From the NCBI RefSeq assembly GCF_001194135.2, contig NC_068984.1:40190202-40254201 (forward strand): 64,000 bases of DNA, read 5' to 3'. Below are positions 48,965-64,000 of this stretch, piece after piece. The notes beneath the pieces are model-generated. The model saw only the letters and a list, made by a program, of their open reading frames with translations. It had not been told where the DNA came from and did not search any database. Position numbers and translations under genes: made by a program. Numbering within the stretch: the first letter of the stretch is position 1; each line of letters begins with the position of its first letter. This stretch comes from Octopus bimaculoides. Its lineage: Eukaryota.

Positions 48965-49151
48965 ACTAAACCAGCTAATTTTTTTTAAACTGGCCAGTTC
49001 TGGTCTCTGACACCTATCCTACAATGTCATTGTAAAAATTAAGTCACACTTTTAAAATCTCAAAGCTACAAGATAATGCATGATTGAGTTAAAGCAATGT
49101 GATTAAATGGGCACCACATTTAACAGAGTAATTTGAATGCAATAGGGTTAA
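48965..49151. mobile_element. Degenerate copy of the same TTAA MITE family
   Basis: Shares cctacaatgtcatt..ctacaagataatgcatgatt..cagagtaatttgaatgc..gggttaa. Confidence 0.55.
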
Positions 49152-50399
49152 ACATACAAAAATACGGATCTGTAAGTTAGGTAACCTGTACTATGTTGGC
49201 GTGGTCATAAAAAAGGAACAAAGCATATGCTATAGTTATCCTCTATATGTAAAAGTAAAAGAATAAAAGGAAACATTATCTTTTCCCTCAAATGTTAATC
49301 AACTCAAGGATATATTTTAAATTTCTTAAAATTATCTCCTGTTCCCTTTAAGAGAAGCTAGTTATTATTCATCAGGTTTATACTTTCTGTCTCTAATTCA
49401 AGGAATTTCAATAAATTAAATTTATTGTGGATTGTAGTCAGTATAATCCTCCTGTACCTTGGTTATCCATATTCATGGTTTTAGGTGCTTTCAATTATTT
49501 CTCTTAACTCATTTTAATTCACACATATCCATACATATACGCACACACACACTCCCACATGTATGTATATCTATATGTACATTTATCTGTGTATCTATCC
49601 ATCCACCCGCCTATCTATCTGTATGAATGTACATATGCATATGGTTTACACCCTCATTTTCCCTTAATGTAAAAACTTGTGTAAGTAGAATCTTCCTTAG
49701 TTTAGTCAATAAGTATTTCCCCCCAAACACATAGATGTAGGAACATTTTTAAGAGATGTACCTTAAGGGTCTCTTTTAGTTGTGCACCTAGCATATAAAG
49801 AAAATATTAGTAAGTAGGCCCAAACCTAGAATAGAGGTAGCGTGAAAGTGGTGTTGAAAAATCCCAATAGAGCGACAAATGTATGGAAATATGTGGGTAT
49901 GATAGAAGGTCTCTTCAGGACCAGAAGTGAAATGTCATTACTCTAGTGTGGTATGTACGGACATTAAAGGACACTATATTTTGATATCAAGTGGTAGATA
50001 CTAGAAAAATGCAAACCTTAAAAATTAAAATTAAAAGAAGGATTTTCGATCCATATTATCCTGCTGTATTCTCCTATGTCCTCATTTTAATTTTTATTTC
50101 CAATTATGTCCTATTTTTATCACATGCAATGTCTTATTTGTGACAAGGTCTTTCTCATTCTGTGTATTTTTCTTTACTTGTTTCTACAAGTATAGATAAT
50201 TTACACTATAAAATTTTCAAATTTTATTCACTTCACCTGTGTATTTATGTAATTTTCCATTATGGCCAATCACTTTCATCCAACAGATTGCCATTATTTT
50301 GAAAAGTAATTACTTAATTAGCCTTCTGCATTTTGAGTCCACATTTTACTTTCATGTAGCATTGTAATTCAAACACAAGCATCATACAATCTACTATTT

Positions 50400-50960
50400 A
50401 TTCTGAGGAAGAAGACCTTTATTGCTAGAAGAGGTGACAGTCCCCTTAACTTATAGCTCCTATAGTTTTGGAACAACCTCCTCCATGTCTAATTGTGTCA
50501 CCTAGGTAACATATCCTTTCAACTACTTCTAGTGAGCCATCCAGACATTTTGGAGAATTTATTTCTGACGTGCTCTGAGTTTCTGTTTCTCTGGTTCAGC
50601 TGCTACATACAAAACCTATTTTCTTTGTCAGCCTGCTTGTTATTCCACATCATTTGTGCTTCCATAACTTACACTGGGTATAGCATATGGAATTCCTACC
50701 TACACTTTTTTTGCATATTGTGTAAGGCCACTTCACTGATAATACCAGGTCCTATTGTCTTTCCTGCTTTCAACAATCTTAGTATTTACTAAGTTCACTG
50801 TGAGGTTCTTTGATTCTAGGTTTTGTTTTCATATCTGGAATTTTTAAAATTCTACTTTAGATTCAGCTATAAGAGCTGGGTCATCAGCCTAAATGATTTT
50901 TCATGGACAGCTGATCTTGACCTCATCTGTGATGGCTTATGGGAGTATGATGAATAGGAG
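50400..50960 (-). mobile_element. Degenerate RTE-clade LINE fragment, same family
   Basis: Across frameshifts it translates to KWP(C)..CKK.VGRNSICYTQCKLWKHK.CGIT..L...GFVCSS and LEVVERICYLGDTIRHGGGC. Confidence 0.7.
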
Positions 50961-51128
50961 AGAGCTGATATAATATAATATCATCATCATCATCATTGCT
51001 TTAACATCAACTTTTCCATGTTTGCATGCGTCAGATGTGAGTTTGGATCAGGCAAAATTTTCTTTAGTCAGTTGTTCCTGATGCCAACCTTTATCTATGA
51101 TTGCATGTTATGTATGTATTACCCATAT

Positions 51129-51161
<33 letters not shown>

Positions 51162-51530
51162 CCATTATATTATATCACATACACAGAGGCACAATATGAA
51201 TGGTTAAGAAGTTTGCATCATAACTACAAATTCCTCGGTTCAATCTTACTGTATGCCTTCTTGAAGAAATATAATTTTATTGAATGAAGCCATGGGTCAA
51301 CTTATACCTTATGAGTGAAATTGGACAGAGAGAAACTGTATAGAAGCCTGTGTAGAAACTTGTTTATTATTGTCTCTGTGTGAAGATGGTGACATGTCTG
51401 CAAAATGTACAAGCACCCAGTTTTCTGGAGCAGTAATCCTGAATGGAGGGTGACTCAGACTGTGTCAGCCTGCCCAACCAATGCCAATTTGGAAAGTGAA
51501 TGTAAAATGATGACATATTTTACACACGCA

Positions 51531-51627
<97 letters not shown>

Positions 51628-51969
51628 GGAAGAAGGTTGTAATATTCACAGTGAAGAGGGAAAACGATCAACATCTTATAACTAGATATACATGCAATCT
51701 CTCTTTCTCTCTCTCTCTCACATACACACACATGTGTGTGGAGTGTGTATTTGAATATTATTATACATTATAGTACATTATAGACATTTGATGACATAGA
51801 TGTTAGACACTTAGATGATAGCAGAGTAATATCATAAGATAATAGAGATGTAATAGTCACTTTCTGAAAGTTGAAATTCACAAAAACGTCTTTTGCAGAT
51901 GACAATCGCTTGTATTAAGGTGCATGCATGAAATCATATGAAATTTTTCCAAAATATAATTTTTGTCCA

Positions 51970-52001
<32 letters not shown>

Positions 52002-52423
52002 ATAGATAAACAAACATAGATGAATGAATGAATGAATGAATGAATAAATGAATGAATTTTTTGTGGTCACCTCCATCATACTACCTCATCCCCATTTCTA
52101 ATATCTATAATATTATTCCCCTTCCATCAATGCATGCAATACTACATGGTGGATTGAAATCGAAGATGTAATCTCTAATACACTCAACAGTAATATTATT
52201 TGTGAGACAAGTGAGTGAAAAACTATGAAATCAAATCAAGGAAGTAATCTATTATTGTACAACATTTATCCTATATTAAATGCAATTTCAAAAGAAATTG
52301 TTTTCTATGCTACTCTATAAACTTGGAGCAATCTTATAGTTTTTCAAATTAGACACAGAAATTCCTTGGGCACTGCTACCTATATTTCTCTCTCACTGTC
52401 TTTCCTCCTCCTCTCCCTCTTTC

Positions 52424-52458
<35 letters not shown>

Positions 52459-52878
52459 GTGTGTGTGCGTGTGTGTGCGGGCGCGCGCGCGCACATATAT
52501 GTATATATGCATGCACATATAAAAATATAAATATATATAAATATATATATATATATATANNNNNNNNNNNNNNNNNNNNNNNNNNNNNNNNNNNNNNNNN
52601 NNNNNNNNNNNNNNNNNNNNNNNNNNNNNNNNNNNNNNNNNNNNNNNNNNNNNNNNNNNNNNNNNNNNNNNNNNNNNNNNNNNNNNNNNNNNNNNNNNNN
52701 NNNNNNNNNNNNNNNNNNNNNNNNNNNNNNNNNNNNNNNNNNNNNNNNNNNNNNNNNNNNNNNNNNNNNNNNNNNNNNNNNNNNNNNNNNNNNNNNNNNN
52801 NNNNNNNNNNNNNNNNNNNNNNNNNNNNNNNNNNNNNNNNNNNNNNNNNNNNNNNNNNNNNNNNNNNNNNNNNNNNNN

Positions 52879-52931
<53 letters not shown>

Positions 52932-55599
52932 AACAAATAAAGGAATAAATATATTGGCATGTATATAGAATAGCTTCCTTCTATCTTAGTCATGTTGCCT
53001 TGAATATATTTACCTCTTTCGGAATACTAAGTACCCCAGTTACTCCTCCCTTTATCAAACACCTTCTCATCACACTCATTCATACCTCTATTACTCATAC
53101 CCCTCAGTCTGTAAAGAGGCTGGTAGCAAGCAGGGGCATAAGGTTGTGAGGTTTCTTTAGTCACGTTAAAGATATGACTATGTTTTTTTAACACTGGTAT
53201 CAAGAAAAATGCACTCACTACACTGAATTGTGCTGTTGTGAGGACTCTTTGGTCCTTTCAAGGACATGATACCTTTTTAATGTGGGTGCTATTAAAAAAC
53301 TCAGTAGTGTTAACCTACACTCTAGAGGTTGTCTTGTTCCCAGCAAGACTGAAGAATCCACTCAACTACCTGATTTACCTCCTACTTTACATACTGTAAA
53401 ACCACAATGTCATGTAAAAAGCACTGGTGCTGGTGTCACATAAAATGCACTGGTGCCATGTAAAAAGCACTGGTGATTGTGTCATGTAAAAAGCACTTGT
53501 GGTGGTACCATGTAAAAAGCATTGGTGCTTGTACCATGTAAAAAGCACTGGTGGTGGTGTCACATAAAAGCACTGGTGGTGCTGGTGGGGAGAACTGAGT
53601 CAAGGTAGTGTGAAAGTATCCTGGCTACCAACATTTCTCTCACATCAGTCATCATCACTTCATGGCCATGGTTCATGCTGGCATGGGTTGGACTGTTTGG
53701 CAAGCTCCAGAAAGTCCAAAGATTGTATCTTGTTCCAATTTCTGCTTTATCATGGTTTCTACCACAGGAGACCCTTCTTAATGCCAACCACTTTACACTG
53801 TGTACTGAGAGCTTTTTCTTGCACCAGTTGGCATGCAACCTGCAAGACTAAAATCCCATAAAAATCACGAGTAGGGGCTATAATAGAAAGAAAGAGAGAG
53901 AAAGGTGGCTTTATGCTATGGAATGATGAGTTCAAGTGAGTGAGAAGAGTCTAGAACTGTAAAGGAACTACACAGCTACTCACATTGTAGAAGAGAGAGT
54001 GGAAGTGGTTGGGGTGAAGCTGGAAAAAGATGAAATAAGGTGGCAGAGTGGAGCCTCAGGTTCATAGTGAGTAGAAATGATTGAGAACAGGAAAATAGGG
54101 AGTGTGGCTTATATGGGAGAGTGAGAAATAGCTGGAAACGAGGAATGAGTATAATGAAGACCAGATGTAGAGATGATAAGAAGGGAGGTAGGGAAGAGTA
54201 GGTGACAACTGTAGAATTGGTAGGGGTGAGGGGCTAAGGGAGAGGTGATTACTGACAGAAGTTGCCCTGACAATATGTTTAAATAACTATGACTTGAAAA
54301 CATACTCCTATCCTGTGTTTCAGGATTTGTCTGGTTCTTTGTGACTTATAGCCCTCAGAATACACTGTATTTAATATCTCCTTATCTATGCCCTTCTGGT
54401 TCCATTGTAACTTTATTTGCTTCTTGTCTCATTCCTTGTCTCTTCTCTGTCTGGGTCAGAGTTTTCTACTGACTTCTTTTTCCTCTGCTTTGTGATTATA
54501 ACATCTTTAGACATTATACCTCTGACTGTCCATGCTATAGTTGCTACTCACCTAACTACCCTTCTCTTTCTCCTCACTCTCATTGGCTCACATGTATTTC
54601 TTGAGTATTTGTTCATGCTGCATGTCTAGATTTTTCATATTTCAACGAACCATCTGATGATGCTATCTATAATTGATCTCATCGATTATAATTTCTAATT
54701 ATTCATTGACCTTAATTATTGGTCACAGAAATGTTTGTAATGGAAATGGAATAGATGAAATACTAACAACTTACTTCCTATTATTCTCTCATATGTGCAT
54801 TTTGTACTATACAACAACCCTTTACTGTAAGCATTTTCCACTACTGAACTATGTAGCAGAGGGGGTTTAATGTAGATATTGTTCAGAGCCACAACCCCCT
54901 ACAATAACTTGTCATGCACCTAACATGTCTATTTCCATTATATATTATATTAGATATTATATTTATTGTGTGTGTGTGTGTGTGTGTGTGCGTGCGTATG
55001 TGTATATATGTATATATATATATAATGCCCCCTCCCCTCTCGAGATTTTTGTCTTTTTTTTTGTCTTGCAAGGTACTTGGTGACCCTATCAGTGCAGGTG
55101 CCACTTAAAGGCACCTAGTCCACACTGTAAAGTGATTGGTGTTTGGAAGGGCATCCAGCTGTAAAAACCTCACCTATGCTTGTGCCACATAGAAGGTACT
55201 AAGTCCACTCTGCTGAGTGGTTGGTTTTAGGAAGTGCTTCCAACTGTAAAAATCATGCCAAAACAGTTACAGAAGTCTGGTGCAGGCTTCTGCCTGGCTA
55301 GCTCTTGTCAAACCGTTCCACCCAATCCAGCATGGAACGTCGATGTTAAATGATGATGATGATTATATATATATATATATATATATGTTACACATAGAAG
55401 CGCTTGTGCCAGTGCCACATTAAAAGCATGCAGCATACTCTGTAATGTGGTTGGCAATAAGAAGGGCATCTAGCCATAGAAACCAAGCCAAATCAAACTG
55501 GCACCTGGTGTAGATCTCTGGCTACCAGTTCTGGTCAAACTGTCCAACCCATGCCATCATGGAAAGCGGATGTTAAAGGATGATGATGATGATGAATGT

Positions 55600-55915
55600 A
55601 GGCGCAGGTGAGTTTGTGTGGTAAGTAGGTTGCTTTGCAACCACATGGTTCCAGGTTCAGTTCCACTGTGGGCTACCTTAAGCAAATGTCTACTACTTTA
55701 GCTTTGGGCCAACCAAAGCTTGTGAGTGAATTTGGTAGACGAAAACTGAAAGAAGCCCAGTCTCTCTCTTTGTGTCTCTCTTTGTCCCTCTTGACAGCTG
55801 GTGCTGTTTTTGTTCCCATAACTTAGCAGTTTGGCAGAAGAGACCAATAGAATAAGTGCCAGGCTTTACTCCCCCCCCCCCAGTACTTGGGTTGATTAAT
55901 TTGACTAAAAATACT
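55600..55915 (+). mobile_element. Bipartite tRNA-SINE copy
   Basis: Head, (CT) linker and the 3' module cttgacagctggtgctg..aataagtgccaggctt. Confidence 0.75.
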
Positions 55916-57034
55916 TTTGGGAAAAAGATAAAAAGATATATATCATATCATCACCATCACTCGTTTTATATGGTTCTGAGAAGATTCATTGAAGCACAGT
56001 TTTCCACTGCTGTATGTTCTTCCTGTCACTATCCCTCACTTTTTTACCAAGCACTGTAAATCTTTTCTTTAACATATCCATAAACATAATCGTTTGAATG
56101 ATGCTGGAGTTTGTTTTTCAGTTATTATGAGATGCCAGGAGCATGGGACACACCCACTTCTCTCTCTCTGATCTCTCCACACATATGTGCACATACATTT
56201 AGCTATAATATACACACATAAACACACACACATATATATGTATGCATAAATGTATATGTGCACATATGTATATTTTTATTTATTTATATATGTATATGTC
56301 ATCATCATCATCATTGTTTAATGTCCGCTTTCCATGCCGGCATGGACTGGACAGTTTGACTGAGAACTGGTGAGCTGGGGGCTGCACCAGGCTCCAATCT
56401 CATTTGGCAAGGTTTTTACGGCTGATGCCCTTCCTAACGCCAACCACTCCAAGAATGTGTATACACATATATATATTGCATATATATTATATATACATAT
56501 ATGCTCACATAAATATGTGTACAGATGTGTGTGTATGTATGTTTGTGTGTGTATGTCATCACTATCTTTATCATCATTTTAATGGCTACTTTTTTATGCT
56601 TGCATGAGTCTGACAAAATTTGCTGAGGTAGATTTTCGGTGGTTTTATCGTGTGCTAAAACAAAGAGGTGGCTTTCACAGCTGATTGATTACTCCTCAGA
56701 AAAGATATACTCAGTTCCTCTTTGGAATCAATTGCATAAAATAATCTGCTACTAGATAAAGTATCCATAAATTAGGCTAGCACAATAGTAGATAACTTGA
56801 TTTGTATATTTGTGCTTCCGACAGGTAGTCACTAATACAACAATTGATTCTTTTGTTGTGCAAAAATTTTCATGAATGAAAAGTTCAATAAATATTGCAA
56901 AGCTAGCTGTGGGTGAAGTAAGAATATGAACACATTCCTTCTATACTTTTGATGTGTGATTAAAAGAGTGATTGAATGAATATTTTATGCTGTTGATTGA
57001 GGAAGTAAATATGTACATCTTCACTGAAAAGTGG

Positions 57035-57090
<56 letters not shown>

Positions 57091-57494
57091 NNNNNNNNNN
57101 NNNNNNNNNNNNNNNNNNNNNNNNNNNNNNNNNNNNNNNNNNNNNNNNNNNNNNNNNNNNNNNNNNNNNNNNNNNNNNNNNNNNNNNNNNNNNNNNNNNN
57201 NNNNNNNNNNNNNNNNNNNNNNNNNNNNNNNNNNNNNNNNNNNNNNNNNNNNNNNNNNNNNNNNNNNNNNNNNNNNNNNNNNNNNNNNNNNNNNNNNNNN
57301 NNNNNNNNNNNNNNNNNNNNNNNNNNNNNNNNNNNNNNNNNNNNNNNNNNNNNNNNNNNNNNNNNNNNNNNNNNNNNNNNNNNNNNNNNNNNNNNNNNNN
57401 NNNNNNNNNNNNNNNNNNNNNNNNNNNNNNNNNNNNNNNNNNNNNNNNNNNNNNNNNNNNNNNNNNNNNNNNNNNNNNNNNNNNNNNNNNNNNN

Positions 57495-57536
<42 letters not shown>

Positions 57537-58255
57537 ACACCTACATAGTTCATAGAAAAAAATCCAGATATTCTCCGTATAGAATACACTTAATAGTACT
57601 CAAGAGATTCAAACTGGAGCAGGTATAGAAGTAAATGTAGAGATAAGCAAGTTATCAAGTTATCAAAAGTATATTAGTTAGATGAAATACAAAAAATGCA
57701 TATATCTATACATATAACAAAATCCAACTTACACAGAATACAAAAGATATAGAGAATTAAAGAGGTTGAAGAAAAGTATTGCAAATCCAACAGCTGTTTC
57801 TGGGGATTCGTTGGTCCATAATGATGTTTGTAGATTGATTCCATTATAGGATGAGATGAGCCACCATCTTCAGGGAAGAGATCTTACATTTGAGATGTGA
57901 AAGGGAAGAAGTTCAAAGATGGAATGATCTTTTCTTCAACCCCTTTAATTCTCTTTATTGTTTGTATTCTGTGGACATATATGTATTTTTTGTATTTCAT
58001 GTATTTAATATACTTTATATATTGATCTGTCTAANNNNNNNNNNNNNNNNNNNNNNNNNNNNNNNNNNNNNNNNNNNNNNNNNNNNNNNNNNNNNNNNNN
58101 NNNNNNNNNNNNNNNNNNNNNNNNNNNNNNNNNNACAACTGATGCTGGTGTGTTTACATCCCCATAACTTAGTGGTTCGGCAAATGAGATCAATAGATTA
58201 AGTACTAGGCTTGCAATGAATAATTCCCGGGCTTGATTTCTTTGACTAAAACCTT

Positions 58256-58471
58256 TTACCCCTTTCGATACCAACCCAGCTGAAACTGCCTCTGGCTTTG
58301 TACCACAAATGTCTGGTTTTGAATTAAAATCTTCCACCAAACCTTTGTCACAATTATGTTCCTAACACTATCTTATTGATAACTAAGTTATTTTACTAAA
58401 TGCTTTGTTATATTTAAAATTAATTAAAAGAAACACAGAGCATCTCAAAATAACAGTAACAAAATGGTTAA
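58256..58471. mobile_element. Second-family TTAA MITE inserted into the TTAA of a SINE
   Basis: The intact SINE at 23140-23175 reads gactaaaacccTTTAAggtggtgctccagc. Here the same sequence is split: gactaaaacctttTAC-CCCTTTCGATACC...AACAAAATGG-TTAAggcagtgctccagc. Confidence 0.7.
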
Positions 58472-58737
58472 GGCAGTGCTCCAGCATGGTCGCAGTCAAA
58501 TGACTGAAACAAATAAAAAATGAATGAATACCCACTTCTAACAATGAACATTTGTGCCCAAATTTACACTTAAGTATATAGTAATTGAGCATGTGATTAG
58601 GAAAGAAAAATAATTAGTTTCTTTATGACTAATAGATTATTATCTGAATAGAACTAGTTTCCTTCTGTCTTACATGATTTTGAAGAATTATAAATCAGTT
58701 GTTTTAAAAGCTTGAGTTTCAGACATGCCTGCATCTC

Positions 58738-58778
<41 letters not shown>

Positions 58779-59109
58779 GTTGATTGATGTTGGGGTTGGA
58801 TAGTGAATAGTACTTGTTTATGAAATTGCTGGTCACTATACTGTGAAATAGTCAGGTGTGTGAAGAAAGTGGATGTCGGGGAGCAAGGAAAATGGTATTG
58901 AGGATGGCACTAAAATCGAGAGAGGGAGAGACGGGACTATAATTTGCAATTCAATGCATAGATATTGGCAGACCTGCCAAAGGCCATTGCAATGCGATAG
59001 TGGGAAAAGTGAAGGGGAAGAGGATGGTATCAGTGAAACAAGTAAAGAAAGTAAAATAAACCATGTGGGTGGCAACGGTGGGGAGATGGGGTAACAAGCA
59101 AGCAAGCAA

Positions 59110-59211
<102 letters not shown>

Positions 59212-59548
59212 TGGTGTACAAGACACTGTAGAAACATCAATAAACGCAAAACAGTTAGTTACACTTGTTTGTCTAAAGATATATTATTAACATCCTTTGC
59301 GTTTGGTATTTAATCATCATCATCATCATCATCATCATTATCCAGAAGGGGATGCTGGATGGTAAACTAAGAACAGCTATAAATAAATAAAGAATAATTA
59401 AAATAATTGTTGTGATCAACATTATTATCATGGTTCAGTGGAGCATTTTGAAAATGGTGAAATAATATCAAATGAGGATATCTTTTCTCTTATTTGTTAC
59501 AGTCATTGGGCTGCAACTAAGCTAGAAAACTGCCTTGATAGGTTAAAC

Positions 59549-59690
59549 CCAGTGGTCCTCAACTGGGGTCCATATGACCTTTAGGGTTCATTATAAGATT
59601 TATTTGTTAAAAATATATCTGCAATATATAGGTTATACTTCTACAATGCACAAAATATTTTAACAATATGTTATACAATTCCTACATAAA
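59549..59690. mobile_element. Possible hAT/Charlie-like MITE end (CAGTGGTCCTCAACTGGGGTCC)
   Basis: The terminus resembles hAT-Charlie TIRs. A related sequence lies at about 47225-47290. The other end was not identified. Confidence 0.35.
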
Positions 59691-60115
59691 AAGCACCCAG
59701 AGTGGTTGACGTTAGGAAGGGCATCCAGCTGTAGAAACCTTGCCAGATCAGATTGGAGCCTGGTGCAGCCTACTGGCTTGTCAATCCTCAGTCAAACCAT
59801 CCAACCCATATCAGCATGGAANNNNNNNNNNNNNNNNNNNNNNNNNNNNNNNNNNNNNNNNNNNNNNNNNNNNNNNNNNNNNNNNNNNNNNNNNNNNNNN
59901 NNNNNNNNNNNNNNNNNNNNNNNNNNNNNNNNNNNNNNNNNNNNNNNNNNNNNNNNNNNNNNNNNNNNNNNNNNNNNNNNNNNNNNNNNNNNNNNNNNNN
60001 NNNNNNNNNNNNNNNNNNNNNNNNNNNNNNNNNNNNNNNNNNNNNNNNCTGTTTGTCTCTTTCACTGAACTGCTAATTTATGAGGATGTAAACAAGCCAA
60101 CACTGGTTGTCAAGT

Positions 60116-60174
<59 letters not shown>

Positions 60175-60989
60175 CACACAACAGGCTGCCATAGTTTTCA
60201 TCTACCAGATTCACTTGAAAGACATTGGTCAATGCAGGGCTATAGTAGAAGACACCTGCCCAAGGTGCCATGTAGTGAGACTGAACCTGGAACCATGTGG
60301 TTGCTGAGTGAGCTTCTTAATCACATAGCCATGCCTGCACCTATAGATATATGTGAAAAAGAATTAAATTTTTTTTTCTTAATATAGGTGAAATAAAAAA
60401 CTTTATAGTCATTAATTATTCTAATAAATTTTAAGGATAAATTTTGAACATATAACTTATAAATCATATATAAATTGGGCATTGATATTTCTGTTTGGTA
60501 GTATTCAAGCACAAAAGATTTAGACAAGAATTATTTATATGAAGACTGTTTATTCAAATATTGTTAAATTGTCAAATTTCAGTGACAAAACCTAATGCAA
60601 AGGTAATTCACAGTTGGGTTTATAGAAGCTTTTAAGGTGTTAAACAGGGAAAATATATTAAACATTAATACCACCATAGTTACTGATAATAATGGTAGTG
60701 ATATCAATGTTACTAACTCTAATCGTAGCTATAGTTTATATATTGAGAGATAATGGGAAAAAATTGGAATATGAGAATTGGGGCCACTAAAGTGTTTTAT
60801 TTTTTGTTTTACTGTACAGGGTTATAAATGAAGTATGGTTAATGTGGTGATAGCTAATATTTGGGAAAGACAATAGTCCCACATGTACATATATACATAT
60901 ACAGTAAACATACATGATCATGTTTGTTTATACATAGATACATATAAGCTTTCATATATATGCTTTCACACAGACATGTGTGTGCGCAT

Positions 60990-61035
<46 letters not shown>

Positions 61036-63719
61036 TTGTTAGAAATTATGCAGGTATTGATATTTGTTGTGGGAAGTGTGATTTTAATATATTGCACAAT
61101 CATGAGAACTATATGAGTCAAGCATGAACCAAATTAATAAACATCAAATCAAAGAATACTCCAAGTGATGGATATTTTGACATTTTTGCAAATGGAAGAT
61201 TAAAAACATTTTCCCACTTTTCAAAATACAGTTAGAAAGCGAACAATTTTGCAAAGTAAAAGAACATTTTATGAAGATTTTCAATTTGAAACCAAATTGG
61301 AAATAAATACTGGTAAATGCTACCAAATATAGTCTTACTGCCTGAAGAACTGATATGATGACTGAAAGAGCTAACAGTTATCATATTTATTCATCAAGAT
61401 TGTCAATCTATTTTAAATTTTTAAATATGTAAAAGTTTCTTTTTAATTTGAAAAATGTTTTTTGAAATATTGTGACTGTATTAGGAACTTTCTTCTGTTT
61501 TAAATACACATGCATGCATGCATACTCACACAAGGCAACCTAGCTGATTAGCATGAAGTTGCTTGCTAACACACTCCAATATATAATGTGTGTGTGCACG
61601 TGTGCGCATGTGTGTGCATGCATATATGTACATGTATTTAAATTAAATGGAAATTTTCTGCAAGATTTTGATAATTTGTAATTTATTTCAGATAGCTAAA
61701 ATGAATTTCTCAGACCATTATTCTTATTTATTCTGTCTTAAATCATTTCAACCTATGAAATCCATTCATATGTTATGCTCTGTTGAACTCAAGTAGAGTT
61801 ACAGATTCTGTTTTTGACCTTGATGGTATTTATGCTCAATTTACTGCATCAGTTTATGTGAATTATTGGTTATCTTTGGAATTAATTATATAGTGGATTA
61901 TCATTGAATCAAATTTTGTTATTAATATTGTATCTAATTATTTTGTTGTTTAATGTTGTAGCTAATCAAATTATTGGTTTAGTATTGCATCTACTTATGT
62001 TGTTGGTTTCTGTGATACCCAGTAATATTGATATTTGGCATTGGCCCAAGGCTACAGATCCATAGGTGAAGGGCCTAATCAATTAAATAGCTCCAGCATT
62101 TGCCTGGTACTTATTTTATTGTTCTCCAAGGGATGACTAATAATGATAGCTTTATTAGAATTTGAACTGAAGATATGAATAGACAAAATCAAATAACATA
62201 AGGCATTCAGTCCAGTATTCTACCATTTGTGCTACTTTTATTCTGCAGTAATTTTTTTTACCATCTAATGATATTATTAGTTAAGTTTATATTGGATTTT
62301 ATTTCCAAAGTTAAACATCATATTAAAAGAAATAAGAAGAAAGAAGACACTGATTTGTATGGAAAGGATATTTTTGTTGTTATTATCGTTGTCATATCAC
62401 TGTAGATTGAGTCTTCAGATTTCCTTTTGCCAGATTCCTGGCTTTAACATTTCCTTATTTTCCTTTGGGCATTCCATTAGCTAAGTTCCATAAGGTAAAA
62501 CAGGCTCCCCCCGCCATACCTGTATACAAAGATGTTTCAAATGAGAGGTGCTAACTGATCTATCTGATCAGTGAGCAGGAAGAAGTTGATTGAGTTGATG
62601 ATAATAAATGCTTGATACTTGTTCTATCAATCCTAGCAAGATGAATAAGCCAATCATAATGGGATTTGATCAGAAAACATAGAGTGACAAAGCTGAATAT
62701 TATGAGGCATGTAGTTCAGTCTTCTATTTTTTATGATCTTTTCCTTTCCTCTTCAACTAACTAAATAAATACAGGGCATCTAGAGTACAAGCAACTCTTA
62801 CCAATTGGAATTTAGTTGATTATATATATATATATATACATGCGTAACATTTTAGATTCAGAGGTGACTGTATAACATTCATGTCTTTATCAAGACTATG
62901 AACCATATATATAAAGTGAATTGATTGCAGATGAAAATCAAAACTGGTTTATGATCCTTGTTTGAAGACTATTTTATTTTCTGTATACCTCCAAAGTATA
63001 CGTATTTGATAACATATTGTAATGTGTTCTTTCACTTGTATATGATGATAAAAAGAGCATGTTTTGAGAAAATTACTATCTCTATTCAAGTGACACACTC
63101 TTTGTCACTGTCTACTAAATTGAACATAGACTCTCTCTCTCTCTCTAACTGTATGGTTCACTGTCTAGGATTATATAAAGCATTTTAATATATGCTCTTC
63201 CAAGGTTTATAATATGCTTCACCATTCTAGAAGAAAGTTTTTCAAGGATGAAAAAGTTAAAAAAAAAAAACACTTTTATTGATGTTTTCTATAAAGATTA
63301 CTTTCCATAAAAAAATGTTTTCAAGTTGAAGAAAAAAAAAATGATTACAATTTTGATAATTCCTTTTATAATCTGAAGCTGAAATCATGGAATATTATGT
63401 ATAAGGAACTAAATAATTATAGAGAACTGAACATTAATTATCCATAAAATAAATGTAATTTTTTTTTTTTAATCCTGCATTTACACATATCCTTTTGTAC
63501 ATTATTCAGCATTTGTATAATGTATCCCTGTACTCTTTGGAAAGTGTTGAGATTGACAATACTGTAAGGAGACTTGAGGTGAACTACAGTAAGCTATCAA
63601 ATAAAATAAGCGAGCAGTTTGAAGAGTTTTCTCTTTAATGATCAATCTTGAATATGTGATAGGAAAGAGAATTTAGACCTTCAATTGTTATAAAGTACAG
63701 AAATATGTGTGTGTGTAAC

Positions 63720-64000
63720 TTTGCATATTTGTGTGTATGTGTATGTATGTGTGTGTGTATAAATGTATGCATATATATATGCATATATATATATGCATGT
63801 GTATATATGTATGCATATGTATATATATGCATATATGTATGCATATATATGCATATGTATATATATATATGCATATATGTATGCATATATATGCATATGT
63901 ATATATATATATGCATATATGTATGCATATATATGCATATGTATATATATGTATGCACATATATGTATATATATGTATGCACATATATGTATATATATGT
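63720..64000. repeat. Compound (TA/TG/CA) microsatellite; one of more than 30 microsatellite tracts in the window
   Basis: Alternating purine-pyrimidine low-complexity sequence. Other long tracts include (GA)n 8941-9040, (GT)n 28728-28810, (CA)n 59128-59206 and (AAAT)n/(GAAT)n about 51970-52035. Confidence 0.9.

Overview
AT-rich, repeat-dense eukaryotic genomic DNA from a draft assembly with nine N-gaps. The repeat families and microsatellite load suggest an octopod cephalopod (Octopus-like); this is inference, not shown by the sequence. The plus strand carries two small coding exons of RELCH/KIAA1468 (10067-10130 and 32794-32932), joined by a 22.7-kb GT-AG intron; I found no further RELCH exon in the window. 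An intronless class-A (rhodopsin-like, FMRFamide-receptor-like) GPCR gene lies antisense downstream of the second exon, apparently inside the next intron, at 41475-42686. Its DRY and NPxxY motifs are degenerate. The rest is intronic and holds tRNA-derived SINEs, RTE-clade LINE remnants and their (GAT)n-tailed 3' ends, two RLE-type (HERO/NeSL-like) retrotransposon relics, a Merlin/ISXO2-like transposase relic between 129-bp inverted repeats, TTAA-flanked piggyBac-type MITEs, a fold-back triplication, and mini/microsatellites. The most notable hidden signal is a set of minimal type-I hammerhead ribozyme motifs of the Penelope/retrozyme type in at least two short repeat families, one of which has a tRNA-derived Pol III head. 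Almost all ORFs in the supplied track are microsatellite or N-gap artefacts. Repeat boundaries were read by eye and are approximate.
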